Below, one piece after another: positions 22,729 through 31,965 of a stretch of 64,000 nucleotides of DNA. The notes beneath the pieces were generated by a model. That model was not told the DNA's origin. It ran no database searches and saw only the letters and a program-made list of their open reading frames with translations. The position numbers and the translations under genes were made by a program. Positions within the stretch are counted from its first letter, which is position 1. Each line of letters begins with the position of its first letter. Origin of the DNA: Candidatus Multivorans sp. (GTDB lineage Bacteria; Acidobacteriota; Thermoanaerobaculia; Multivoradales; Multivoraceae); the NCBI GenBank assembly GCA_965224025.1, contig OZ245033.1, positions 4,640,001 through 4,704,000 of the forward strand. Reading direction: 5' to 3'.

Positions 22729-25632
22729 TTACCTCCAGCTCAGACGGACACCCAAGCGATACACGCGCGGAGCGATGTGATCGTCCAGGTTACCCGAGTT
22801 CGAGCGACCACCTCTGTCGATCCATGACAGCGCCGTGCCACGGTTCGTCACGTTGAAGATGTCGATGCCGAAGGTCAGGTTCAGCGGACCCGACACGGCG
22901 AACTCCTTCTCAAGCCTGACATCCATCGTGTGAACGTCAGGCAGCCGCACCGAGCCGAGATCATCGACGATGTTGATGCTGGCGCTGTCCGCATTCGAGA
23001 GGTTTTCGATAACGTAGAAGGCAGCCGGCGAGCCCTCCCGACCGGTCAGATTGGCCGAGACGTTGAAGCCCCAACCCCTGTCGGGAGCGACCTGGTACAT
23101 GCCGTTCAGGTTGTACGACCAGGTCGACTGCAGGTACCGCTGTCCCTTGCCGGAACCACTCGAGCGCTCCATGTAGATCTGGCCGTCGACGTCACCGCCA
23201 GCTCGTCCGGGATTCCGGTTGAAGTGGTCGTAGAACTCGTCGGGCACGTTCCACTCGGCGTCGCCGTACTGGAAGAACCCGCGAGCCATCCAGCGGTTGG
23301 ACAGCCGCTTCGTCAGGCTCACGTTGTAGCCGAGGAAGTCGCGGGAGCGGAACCCCTGCTGCCAGTGACTACCGCCGGCAAACTCGAGCCCGTCTGCGAG
23401 GTCGTACAACTGGACCCTGTAGCTGCCGCCATCGCGTGGCACGGTGCCGCTGGCAACATGGGACGGCACGAAGTCCGAGCCCCGTTGCAGACGGCGATTG
23501 CCGTTCGCGTCCTCGAGGTACGGGATGCCCACCGTCAGGTCGTCCACGCTGCGCGACGTGATGCCGAAGCCGGCGACCAGTTCGGGCATGAACTCGTGCT
23601 CAACGCCGATGATGAACTCGGTGGTGAGCGGCGGATCCAGATCCGGATCCGTCGTGTCGAGGACGTTGAACGGGTCGTCGAGATCCACGTTGGCGAAGAA
23701 GGTCTCGCCCGGCGAGTAGCAGACCTGATCGGCAATGCTCAGATCGTCGCAGATCACGATGACCCGGTTGTAGCCCAGCGGAGAGTTCCGCGTCACGGAG
23801 TTCGTCGGCAACTGGTCGGCGAACTGGGAAAGGCTCGCGCGAAGCAGTGTCGTGCGGCCCTCTCCGAGCGCGTAGGTCGCGCCGAGACGCGGCACGATCG
23901 ACGTCCAACCGAAGCCCGCCTCGGATCCCTCGAAGGTGATCGCCGGCAGGAGGTCGGGGCGCGTCGGATGCGCAGGCAACTCGTATACGCCGTTCTCACC
24001 ACCCTGGTCGTCCCAGCGGAGGCCGACGTTCAACGTCAAGCGACCGAACGTGATCGTGTCCTGGGCGTAGAGGGCGTTGTAGTCGGCTGACAGGGCTCCG
24101 TAGTCGGTGCGCACGTAGTTGGTCCAGGAACGAGCACCGTAGTGCCACGTATCCCTCGGACCCTGATAGAAGGCCGAGCTGTTCTCGTAGGTACGGAATC
24201 GACCACCCATCTTCAGCTCGTGGTTGACGGAGGCGCCGCTGGTGAAGAAGTAGCTCGCGTCGGCCTGGAACAGGTCGTTCGGAGACGCTGCCGAGCCGGA
24301 ACGGTAGTTCCCCTGCCAGACGCCGTCGGCCAGGGTCGGATCCAACGCCTTGGGATCGAGACCGTTCTGGTTCGACAGGTGGCCCCGAGCAAGCAGCGCG
24401 AAGCCGAAGTCGCCGTGCGAGTAGACACCGACGGAGAAGAGATTCGGCGAGAAGACGTGCTGGTCCTCCAACCGGTACTGGGCCGAGGGGCCACGCTGAT
24501 TCCAGGTCGTCTGAGGCGGGCGGGTCGTACCGCCACCGCGGCCGAACTTCAACTTGTCGCCATTGTTGTAGGAGGCGACCATCGAGTTGTCGTTCGAGAG
24601 CTGGCCGTTGATCTTGATCACCGTGTTCTCGAGGAGGGTGTCGTCAGCGGCACCGGTGACGTTGTTCTGGCCGATGTCCTGCTGACCCCAGCTTCCCCAC
24701 AGCCACAGGCGATCCTGGATCGCGGCGCCGCCGGCCTCGAAACCGAAGTCCTCGATCTTGCGGACCCTGGCGCCGGGCAGTTCGGTCTGGCCGTTGCTCT
24801 GGTAGAGCTGGCTGTCGATGTTCGGTTCCAACCCCTTGAGCAGGCCGCCGAAATAGCCCGTCGCCTGGGTGTTGTAGAACCGCGCCGAACCGCGGAACTC
24901 GTTGGTTCCACGCTTCGTGACCAGGTTGACCGCCACGCCGGACGTGCTCTTCGTGACGTCCGACCCGCCGGTCGTGAACGACATCTCGGCGAACTGGTCG
25001 AAGTCGTAGTACGTCGGCGACGCGCCGGTGGCGCGCATGTCGGTGATCTCCGTGCCGTCGAGCTGGAACGTGTTCTCATCGCTCGACACGCCCTGGGCCC
25101 GGAAGACGGACTGCTGGCCGGACTCGCTGCCGGCGACGTTGATCCGGTCCACGAGCACGCCCGGCGTCTGGCTCAGGACGGCCCAAGGGTCGCGAGCGGT
25201 CGGGATCTTCTCAAGTTCCACCTGCGTGACGTTGGTGCCGGCCCTGATTTGGCGTTCGTCGAGCAGCGGGCTCTCGGAAGTGACGGTAATCGTCTCTTCA
25301 AGTGCGGCCGTCAAGGTCAGCGGCAGGTCCGTGTTGCGTCCCAGCCGGATACTGACGTCCGGGTACTCAAGGCCGCCGAAACCGTCGAGTTCGGCCTTCA
25401 CGTTGCACGAGCCCGGGTCGATCGCCAAGAAGCGGAAGGCGCCGTTGGCATCGGTGAACTGCTCCCGCGTTGCGCCGATACCAGTGACGGTCACCTTGAC
25501 GCCGGGCAGAGCGGCGCCGGACTCGTCCATCACGGTGCCGTAGAGATTGCCCGTCGTCTGCTGGCCCCAGGCCAAGCCTCCAACGAGCAAACAAAGGATG
25601 ACGCTGAACGTCGAAACGAGGCGTTTGTTCAT
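22729..25632 (-). CDS. TonB-dependent receptor, Oar-like, with N-terminal carboxypeptidase-regulatory-like domain
   Basis: Signal peptide; GTVMDESGAALPGV, ETITVTSESPLLD, NLVTKRGTNEFRG, YAQDT...LNVGLRWD, PRLGATY; C-terminal PRVYRLGVRLSW beta-signal; GGAGGGAG RBS. Confidence 0.92.
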   Translation of the reverse strand: MNKRLVSTFSVILCLLVGGLAWGQQTTGNLYGTVMDESGAALPGVKVTVTGIGATREQFTDANGAFRFLAIDPGSCNVKAELDGFGGLEYPDVSIRLGRNTDLPLTLTAALEETITVTSESPLLDERQIRAGTNVTQVELEKIPTARDPWAVLSQTPGVLVDRINVAGSESGQQSVFRAQGVSSDENTFQLDGTEITDMRATGASPTYYDFDQFAEMSFTTGGSDVTKSTSGVAVNLVTKRGTNEFRGSARFYNTQATGYFGGLLKGLEPNIDSQLYQSNGQTELPGARVRKIEDFGFEAGGAAIQDRLWLWGSWGQQDIGQNNVTGAADDTLLENTVIKINGQLSNDNSMVASYNNGDKLKFGRGGGTTRPPQTTWNQRGPSAQYRLEDQHVFSPNLFSVGVYSHGDFGFALLARGHLSNQNGLDPKALDPTLADGVWQGNYRSGSAASPNDLFQADASYFFTSGASVNHELKMGGRFRTYENSSAFYQGPRDTWHYGARSWTNYVRTDYGALSADYNALYAQDTITFGRLTLNVGLRWDDQGGENGVYELPAHPTRPDLLPAITFEGSEAGFGWTSIVPRLGATYALGEGRTTLLRASLSQFADQLPTNSVTRNSPLGYNRVIVICDDLSIADQVCYSPGETFFANVDLDDPFNVLDTTDPDLDPPLTTEFIIGVEHEFMPELVAGFGITSRSVDDLTVGIPYLEDANGNRRLQRGSDFVPSHVASGTVPRDGGSYRVQLYDLADGLEFAGGSHWQQGFRSRDFLGYNVSLTKRLSNRWMARGFFQYGDAEWNVPDEFYDHFNRNPGRAGGDVDGQIYMERSSGSGKGQRYLQSTWSYNLNGMYQVAPDRGWGFNVSANLTGREGSPAAFYVIENLSNADSASINIVDDLGSVRLPDVHTMDVRLEKEFAVSGPLNLTFGIDIFNVTNRGTALSWIDRGGRSNSGNLDDHIAPRVYRLGVRLSWR

Positions 25633-25747
25633 GATGTTCGATACTCCCTCCGAAGTGTGTTTACACAGAAACCCGCGCTACCTGGGCGACGCGAAACCTG
25701 CGGTTTGGGAAGAGCCTCATCGGCTCACCAACGGTATGGAACTCCCC

Positions 25748-25764
25748 CGCAAGGGGTATGCCAA
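25748..25764 (-). promoter_or_regulatory. Sigma-54 (-24/-12) promoter for the TonB-dependent receptor gene
   Basis: Minus strand reads TTGGCATACCCCTTGCG: exact GG-N10-GC spacing with TGGCA and TTGC, ~115 nt upstream of the ATG. Confidence 0.7.
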
Positions 25765-26117
25765 AGCGACGAGGTACCGGCCACTCCATACGGCGACCGG
25801 AACCCTCCACCAACAGGGGGATTGGCGCCGGACTCGGCCGAGGACGCGCCAAAATGGCGCTGCTCAACCCACGGAGCCATCCAAGAAAGTGCTTCGTATC
25901 CATAACCTTGAATCGTCTCTCCAACTGATCCGCGCCGCGGGGCGTTCCCTGATCCGGTCCTGACGCGCGTCATTCGACTGTGACCCGACCGGCTCCCAAG
26001 CGCGACGGCGATGCGCCGAAGCGCCGATGCGTGACTGACGAGAAACCGTCAACCGCACTAAGCTGTGACGGGCGCAAACTGCGGATCAACCTTTTGAGTG
26101 CGGGAATCGTACAGTAG

Positions 26118-27332
26118 ATGAACCGGGTTGTCTACGGCGGCCGCGCCCGCCCACGCAATCCTGTCCCCCACGCAGTCACCGTGAACGGTCCCAACACAGA
26201 TCTCGGACCGACCCGTTCCGCGCGGTACCGGACCGCCGCACCTCTCTTTCTCGCCGCCGTCTGCGCCGCCTGCACGGGCTTTGTTCCCTTTGACGGGTCT
26301 CAGGCGCTGACTCCCGAGTTCGAGCGTCGCCTGGGTGCCGACTGGCGAGAGCGGATCGTCGTTCCCTTCGGGATGGACGAGGAGCTGCGCCAGGCGATCA
26401 ACGAACGGATCAGCCCCGCCGGAAGCGAGACGCGCAGGCGTGACGCCGTCCTCGACTTCATCTTCGGCTGGATCGACCTGGAGTACGCACTCACACCCAC
26501 CCGGACCGCGCGCGAGACCTTCGTCGCCGCCCGGGGCAATTGCCTCTCGTTCGTCAACCTGTTCGTCGCGGTAGGGCGCGAACGGCGGCTGAACCCCTTC
26601 TTCGTCGAGGTCGAGGACTACCAGCGTTGGAACTACGAGGACGGCGTCGTGATCAGCCGCGGCCACATCGTCGCCGGCATGTACGTCGACGGGGAGATGG
26701 CCACCTACGACTTTCTTCCCTACCGGCCCAAGTCCTACCGCGACTTCGAGCCCATCAGCGATCTGGCCGCCGCCGGCCACTACTACAACAACCTGGGCGC
26801 GGAGGCCCTGATGGCGAACGACCTCGACGCCGCCGAAAAGTGGTTGAACATCGCCGTCCGGCTGGCGCCCGACTTCGACAAGGCAATCAACAACCAAGGC
26901 ATCCTCCTGCTCCGGCGCGACCGCGTCGACGAGGCAGTGCGGGTCTACGAGGAAGGTCTGGAGCTTCATCCGCGGAACGTTCCGCTGCTGACGAACCTGG
27001 TCCGGACCTACCAGATCCAGGGCCGGCACGAGCGCGCCGGCGAACTGCTCGACATCCTCGAAGACCTGAACATGGCCAGTCCTTTCTTCTACATCTATCG
27101 GGGCTACGCCGCCCTGGCGGCCGGCGACCCGGATCTGGCCCTGGACTACATGCGCAGGGCCTTCCGCGCCGACTCCGAACTTCCAGAGGTCCATGTGGGC
27201 CTCGTCAGGGTCTTTCTGTCGACGGGCAAGACGCGTGAAGCGAAACACCACGTGGAGCGTGCTCTCCGCCTGGACGCGACCCACCAGGAGGCCCGCAAGT
27301 ACGCGGCCCTTCTGGAGCGGGAAGTGCCTTGA
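26118..27332 (+). CDS. Transglutaminase-like domain + TPR protein, probable lipoprotein
   Basis: ARGNCLSF (Cys), GHIVAG (His), TYDF (Asp); C-terminal TPRs; hydrophobic segment ending in CAAC; exact start uncertain. Confidence 0.8.
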   Translation: MNRVVYGGRARPRNPVPHAVTVNGPNTDLGPTRSARYRTAAPLFLAAVCAACTGFVPFDGSQALTPEFERRLGADWRERIVVPFGMDEELRQAINERISPAGSETRRRDAVLDFIFGWIDLEYALTPTRTARETFVAARGNCLSFVNLFVAVGRERRLNPFFVEVEDYQRWNYEDGVVISRGHIVAGMYVDGEMATYDFLPYRPKSYRDFEPISDLAAAGHYYNNLGAEALMANDLDAAEKWLNIAVRLAPDFDKAINNQGILLLRRDRVDEAVRVYEEGLELHPRNVPLLTNLVRTYQIQGRHERAGELLDILEDLNMASPFFYIYRGYAALAAGDPDLALDYMRRAFRADSELPEVHVGLVRVFLSTGKTREAKHHVERALRLDATHQEARKYAALLEREVP

Positions 27333-27408
27333 ACCCGGCAGAGGATAGACGCCGGCTCAACTGCTAGCCTTAGGGAATCGATGTCCCGGGATGGGGCATC
27401 CGAGGAAC

Positions 27409-29643
27409 ATGAAACGCGAATCATCGTCCGCGTCCCTCGACCAGCTCGGCGCGAGCCCCTGGCGCCGGCCGAGCCTCGCCCACATCACGAGGCCGGCGCT
27501 TCTGGCGGTGCTCTTCGGAGCAATGGCCCTGGCGGCCCAGGGCCCCAACGATCTGCCCGAGTTCGACGAACGCGCCCTCGTCTTCGAAGTTCAGGTGCCG
27601 GTGAACGTCGTCGGCAGGGACGGCGAATCGGTCCGCGGCCTGACCCGCGAGGACTTCCAGCTTCTCGACGAGGGCGATGTGCAGGAAGTGTCCGGATTTC
27701 AGGTCGTGGACCTCGATCTCCTGGCGCCGGACGACCGGCGCGTGATCGATACGGGGCACGGTCTGCCGCCGGCCGTCAGGCGGCACTTCCTGCTCCTGTT
27801 CGACCTCACGTTCTCCGCCCCGACAGCGGTCGCCCGAGCCCGAGTGGCCGCCCAGGAATTCGTCCTCAACGAGATGCATGCCACCGATCTGGCCGCGGTC
27901 GCCGTGCATACCGCGGAATCCGGATCCCAGTTGCTGGTCACGTTTACGCCGGACCGGGCCCAACTCGCCCGAGCGATCGCCACGCTCGGCAATCCCCGCC
28001 TGCTGAAGCTCGTCACCAAGGATCCCCTCGGTTTCCTGATCGACGCGCCCCGTCCGGCGACCTCGGCGGCGCTGGACGCCGGCGGCGTGGACCAGAGCAT
28101 CTCCGAGATGGAGGGCGGCCTCGACGGCTACCTTCGGATCATCGGCAACCAGATGGCCAGGTACGAGCGCAGCTTCGCCCGCGGCCGGATCTCGAGCTGG
28201 GCCGACTCGCTGCAGGACATGGGGCGGATCCTGGGCAGCGTCGAGGGCCGCAAGCACGTCATCCTGTTCTCGGAGGGGTTCGACGGCCGGCTGCTGTTCG
28301 GGCGCCAGCCCGACTTCTTCGACGAAGACATGCAGCGCGAGATCCAGGCCATCGAGGACGGCCGGTATGCCGAGGTCGACACGGACGACCGGTACGGCAA
28401 CACCCAGCTTCAGGTCCTGATGGATCAGATGCTGCGGGAGTTCAGCCGGGCGAACGCCGTCATCCACGCGGTCGACATCTCGGGCCTCAGGGCCGACATG
28501 CCTGACGAGCGCCGCGCCCGCATCGTGGGGCGGGATGCGCTCTTCTACATCTCCAACGAAACGGGCGGCGGGTTCCACGAAGACGCGAACGACTTCGGGG
28601 CGGAACTCCGCGAAGTACTGGCCTCGTCCAACGTCACCTACCTGCTGTCCTTCGAACCCTCCGGTCCGGGCAAACCGGGCGACCACCGCCGGATCACGAT
28701 CCGCGCACGAGCGCCCAGGGGATCCCAGGTTTCCCACCGGATGGGGTACGTCACGCCCCGCCCCTACGGTGACCTCCACCCCATGGAGAAACGCCTGCTG
28801 GCCTCGGACCTGATCGCCACGGCGACGGAAACGGACGGTCTCAAGATCGACGTGCTGGCCGCGCCCTTCCGAGCGACCGGAGGCGAAGCGTACGTACCCG
28901 TGATCATCGAGATCGGAGGCGACGGGCTGCTCGACGCGCACGAAGCGGCCCATCTCCCGGTCGAGATCTACGCCTACGTCACCGACGACAAGGCCCAGAT
29001 GCGCGACTTCTTCAGCCGGGTCGTGACACTCGACCTGGCCGGGCGTGAGGATGCCTTCGCCAATACCGGGCTGAAGTACTACGGCCACCTGAACCTCGCC
29101 CCCGGCGCGTATCTTGTGAGGGTTCTCGCCCGCAACGCCGTCACCGGCAGTACCGGCGCGGCGACGGTCGAACTCGACGTCCCGCCCTTCGCCGACGGGC
29201 GCCCGGCCCTGCTGCCGCCATTCTTCCTGGAAGAGCCCGGAAGCTGGTTCCTGGTCCGTGAGCAGCCTGGCGACCAGTACGCCAAGACCACGGTCTATCC
29301 GTTCACGGTGAACGGCGAACCCTACGTGCCTTCGGCCGTGCCTCTGTTGCCGTTGAGCGGTGATTCGGACGGCGCGGAGCTCTGCCTCGTGGGCTACAAC
29401 CTCGGAACAGGCGAACTGACACTGCAGGCAACCCTCACCGGCCCGGAAGGCGAGACGGTAACCGGGGGCGCACTCCGTCTCCGCGAGCGCACCGTGACCG
29501 GAATCCCGGGGCTCGACAAGCTCGTTGCAGCCTTCGAGCCCACCGGTCTCGAACCGGGCGACTACACTCTCCGTGTCGCGGTGACGGACCAGGCGAATCA
29601 AGCCACGTCCGCCAACTCGATCCCCTTGAAGGTGCTGAACTGA
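27409..29643 (+). CDS. VWA-domain protein (VWFA-related acidobacterial type), secreted
   Basis: VQVPVNVVGRDGESVRGLTREDF, RHFLLLFD, TFTPDR, GRKHVILFSEGF, ETGG, YLLSF; long C-terminal beta domains. Confidence 0.85.
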   Translation: MKRESSSASLDQLGASPWRRPSLAHITRPALLAVLFGAMALAAQGPNDLPEFDERALVFEVQVPVNVVGRDGESVRGLTREDFQLLDEGDVQEVSGFQVVDLDLLAPDDRRVIDTGHGLPPAVRRHFLLLFDLTFSAPTAVARARVAAQEFVLNEMHATDLAAVAVHTAESGSQLLVTFTPDRAQLARAIATLGNPRLLKLVTKDPLGFLIDAPRPATSAALDAGGVDQSISEMEGGLDGYLRIIGNQMARYERSFARGRISSWADSLQDMGRILGSVEGRKHVILFSEGFDGRLLFGRQPDFFDEDMQREIQAIEDGRYAEVDTDDRYGNTQLQVLMDQMLREFSRANAVIHAVDISGLRADMPDERRARIVGRDALFYISNETGGGFHEDANDFGAELREVLASSNVTYLLSFEPSGPGKPGDHRRITIRARAPRGSQVSHRMGYVTPRPYGDLHPMEKRLLASDLIATATETDGLKIDVLAAPFRATGGEAYVPVIIEIGGDGLLDAHEAAHLPVEIYAYVTDDKAQMRDFFSRVVTLDLAGREDAFANTGLKYYGHLNLAPGAYLVRVLARNAVTGSTGAATVELDVPPFADGRPALLPPFFLEEPGSWFLVREQPGDQYAKTTVYPFTVNGEPYVPSAVPLLPLSGDSDGAELCLVGYNLGTGELTLQATLTGPEGETVTGGALRLRERTVTGIPGLDKLVAAFEPTGLEPGDYTLRVAVTDQANQATSANSIPLKVLN

Positions 29644-29722
29644 GCACCGGGCGTCTCAAGCCAAGGCGCCAGGCGAAGAACAATCCACTTCCAGACCGAG
29701 GATCCTCAGGAGGACCTTTGGA

Positions 29723-31897
29723 ATGAACGACTCCAGTTTCTCAAGCCGTCTTCTCCCCACGTCAAGCCTCAGAACGGGAGCCCTGCTCTGCGCCGGCGCG
29801 CTGCTGCTCGCGGCGGCCTCGGCCGACGCCCAGCGCAACCGCCGCAACCGGCAGGCACAGGCAGAGTTCAGCGACACGACCACGGTCACCGTCGTGGAAG
29901 TTCCGGTGCAGGTGAGCCGTGCCGGTGCTCCGCTTCGCGACCTCACGGCCGCCGACTTCGAACTCCAGGACAACCGGAAGACGGTCCAGATCACCGGCTT
30001 CGACGTCGTCGATCTCTCGAAGATCGAGGGCAGGGCCACCGAGCAACCGGTGCCGGTGGCCGGGCGGCGCCACTTCCTGCTGCTGTTCGACCTCTTCTTC
30101 ACTCCGCCCGACTCCGTCGGCCGCGCGCAGCAGGCCGCCGCCGACCTCGTTCTGCGGGAACTGCACCCCACGGACCTGGTGGCCCTCGCCGTCTTCGACA
30201 CGCGGCCCCGGCTGATCCTCGGCTTCACCTCGGACCGCAGCCAGATCCGCCAGGCGATCCGCGGCCTGGGACTGGCCAAGAACGAGCCCGGGCAGGGAAT
30301 CCGCGATCCACTAGGCCTCGTGATCGGCGATCTGAGCGGTGATCTGCCGACCAGTTCCGATCTGGGAGACACCAGTGGCCGCGCCGGCATCGACGCCCAG
30401 GCCACGCTCCTCCAGACGCAGCGAGAGTTGCAGACGCTGCAGGAGGCCGCGGACCGCGGGCGCGCCGCCGGCCAGATCGACGCCCTGACGGCTGGCATGA
30501 GCGATCTCGCCAACTGGATGCGGGCCATTCAGGGGCGCAAGCACGTCGTCTTTCTGTCCGAAGGCTTCGACGATTCCATTCTGGTGGGTCAGCAGGGCGT
30601 GACGATCGAGCAGCAGGCAGAGATCCTGGACCGCCAGCAGAGGCTGGTAGACGGCAACTTCGAACAGGTGGACAACGAGGCGCTCTTCGGCAGCAGCGCC
30701 GCCCAGAGGTCGATGAACCAGATGCTCGAACGCTTCCGGGAAGCGGACTGTTCGATCCAGGCCGTGGACGTGAGCGGCCAGATCCAGACCCAAGGCCAGA
30801 GCAACCGGTCCTCCCTGCACATGATGGCGAGCGACACCGGCGGCCAGTTGTTCGCCAACTTCGGCGACCTGGGTGAGGCGATGTCCGAGATGCTGGAGCA
30901 GACCAGCGTCACCTACCTGCTCTCGTTCTACCCCACGGACCTGAAGAACGACGGCCGGTTCCGCAAACTGCGGGTACGGCTCAAGAACGCTCCCCGTGGA
31001 ACCCAGGTGGTTCACCGACTCGGCTACTACGCCCCGAAGCGCTATGAACAGACGAACCCCTTCGAGCGGGCACTGGACTCGGCGCAACGGGTGATGGGCG
31101 GCGTTGAGACGGGCCAGATCGAGACCTCCGTTCTCGCCGCCGCCTTCCCCGCCGACAGCGGCAAGGCCTACGCGCCGGTTCTGATCGAAGTCCGCGGCCA
31201 GGATCTCCTCGCGGAGCAACAGGGCGATACGGTTCCCCTCCAGATCTACGCCTACGCCCTGGACCAGCACGGCATCGTCCGTGACTTCTTCGTTCGCGCC
31301 ATGGGCCTGAACGCGGCCCAGGCCGGACCGGCGCTTCTGCAGAGCGGACTCAAGTACTGGGGGCACTTCGACCTGGATCCGGGCGAGTACTCCGTTCGCG
31401 TACTGATTCGCAACGACGCCACGGGCCGCCGGGCTCTGGCGACTTCCCTACTCACCGTCCCTGGGGACGGCCCCGCGCTGCAGCCGCCTCTCTTCCCGGA
31501 ACCGCCCCAGAAATGGGTTCTGCTCCGCGAGGAGGAATCGGAGCAGCGGCGCGATGTCGCCTTCCCGTTCCTGATGGACGGCAATTCGTTCATCCCCGCC
31601 GCAAAGCCGGTGGTCACCGCGGGCGGTGAGACGCCGATCAGCCTCGCCGGCACGAATCTCAGCGCGGGGCCTGTATCCGTACGCACACAGGTGTTCCGTC
31701 CTGACGGCCAGGCGGTGGCCGACGGCGGCGAGGTCATCCTGGCGTCCGGCGCTCAGGCCGGATCGGGGAGTTCGCAGTTGTCCGGGACTTTCGTGGCCGG
31801 GAAGAAGCTCGCCAGCGGCGACTACACTCTGGTCGTCACCGTGACCGACGGGAACAACGGCCAGCACTCGTCCTCGACATCGATTCGGGTGCTCTGA
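29723..31897 (+). CDS. VWA-domain protein (acidobacterial type), paralogue of the upstream gene
   Basis: VEVPVQV...LRDLTAADF, RHFLLLFD, GFTSDR, GRKHVVFLSEGF, DTGG, YLLSFYP; AGGAGG RBS. Confidence 0.85.
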   Translation: MNDSSFSSRLLPTSSLRTGALLCAGALLLAAASADAQRNRRNRQAQAEFSDTTTVTVVEVPVQVSRAGAPLRDLTAADFELQDNRKTVQITGFDVVDLSKIEGRATEQPVPVAGRRHFLLLFDLFFTPPDSVGRAQQAAADLVLRELHPTDLVALAVFDTRPRLILGFTSDRSQIRQAIRGLGLAKNEPGQGIRDPLGLVIGDLSGDLPTSSDLGDTSGRAGIDAQATLLQTQRELQTLQEAADRGRAAGQIDALTAGMSDLANWMRAIQGRKHVVFLSEGFDDSILVGQQGVTIEQQAEILDRQQRLVDGNFEQVDNEALFGSSAAQRSMNQMLERFREADCSIQAVDVSGQIQTQGQSNRSSLHMMASDTGGQLFANFGDLGEAMSEMLEQTSVTYLLSFYPTDLKNDGRFRKLRVRLKNAPRGTQVVHRLGYYAPKRYEQTNPFERALDSAQRVMGGVETGQIETSVLAAAFPADSGKAYAPVLIEVRGQDLLAEQQGDTVPLQIYAYALDQHGIVRDFFVRAMGLNAAQAGPALLQSGLKYWGHFDLDPGEYSVRVLIRNDATGRRALATSLLTVPGDGPALQPPLFPEPPQKWVLLREEESEQRRDVAFPFLMDGNSFIPAAKPVVTAGGETPISLAGTNLSAGPVSVRTQVFRPDGQAVADGGEVILASGAQAGSGSSQLSGTFVAGKKLASGDYTLVVTVTDGNNGQHSSSTSIRVL

Positions 31898-31910
31898 CAC
31901 CCGGGTGGGG

Positions 31911-31965
31911 GTGGGGGCCATCGCGGCCCCCACTTCGCCCGCGCCCGGCTCGGGCTAGCCGAGCC
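31911..31965. terminator. Two adjacent hairpins between convergent genes
   Basis: GTGGGGGCC/GGCCCCCAC (31911-31933) and GGCTCGG/CCGAGCC (31947-31965). Confidence 0.5.

Noticed and set aside
25898-25915. AT-rich IHF-like site upstream of the sigma-54 promoter
   Set aside because: At least two mismatches to WATCAANNNNTTR; not supportable by eye.
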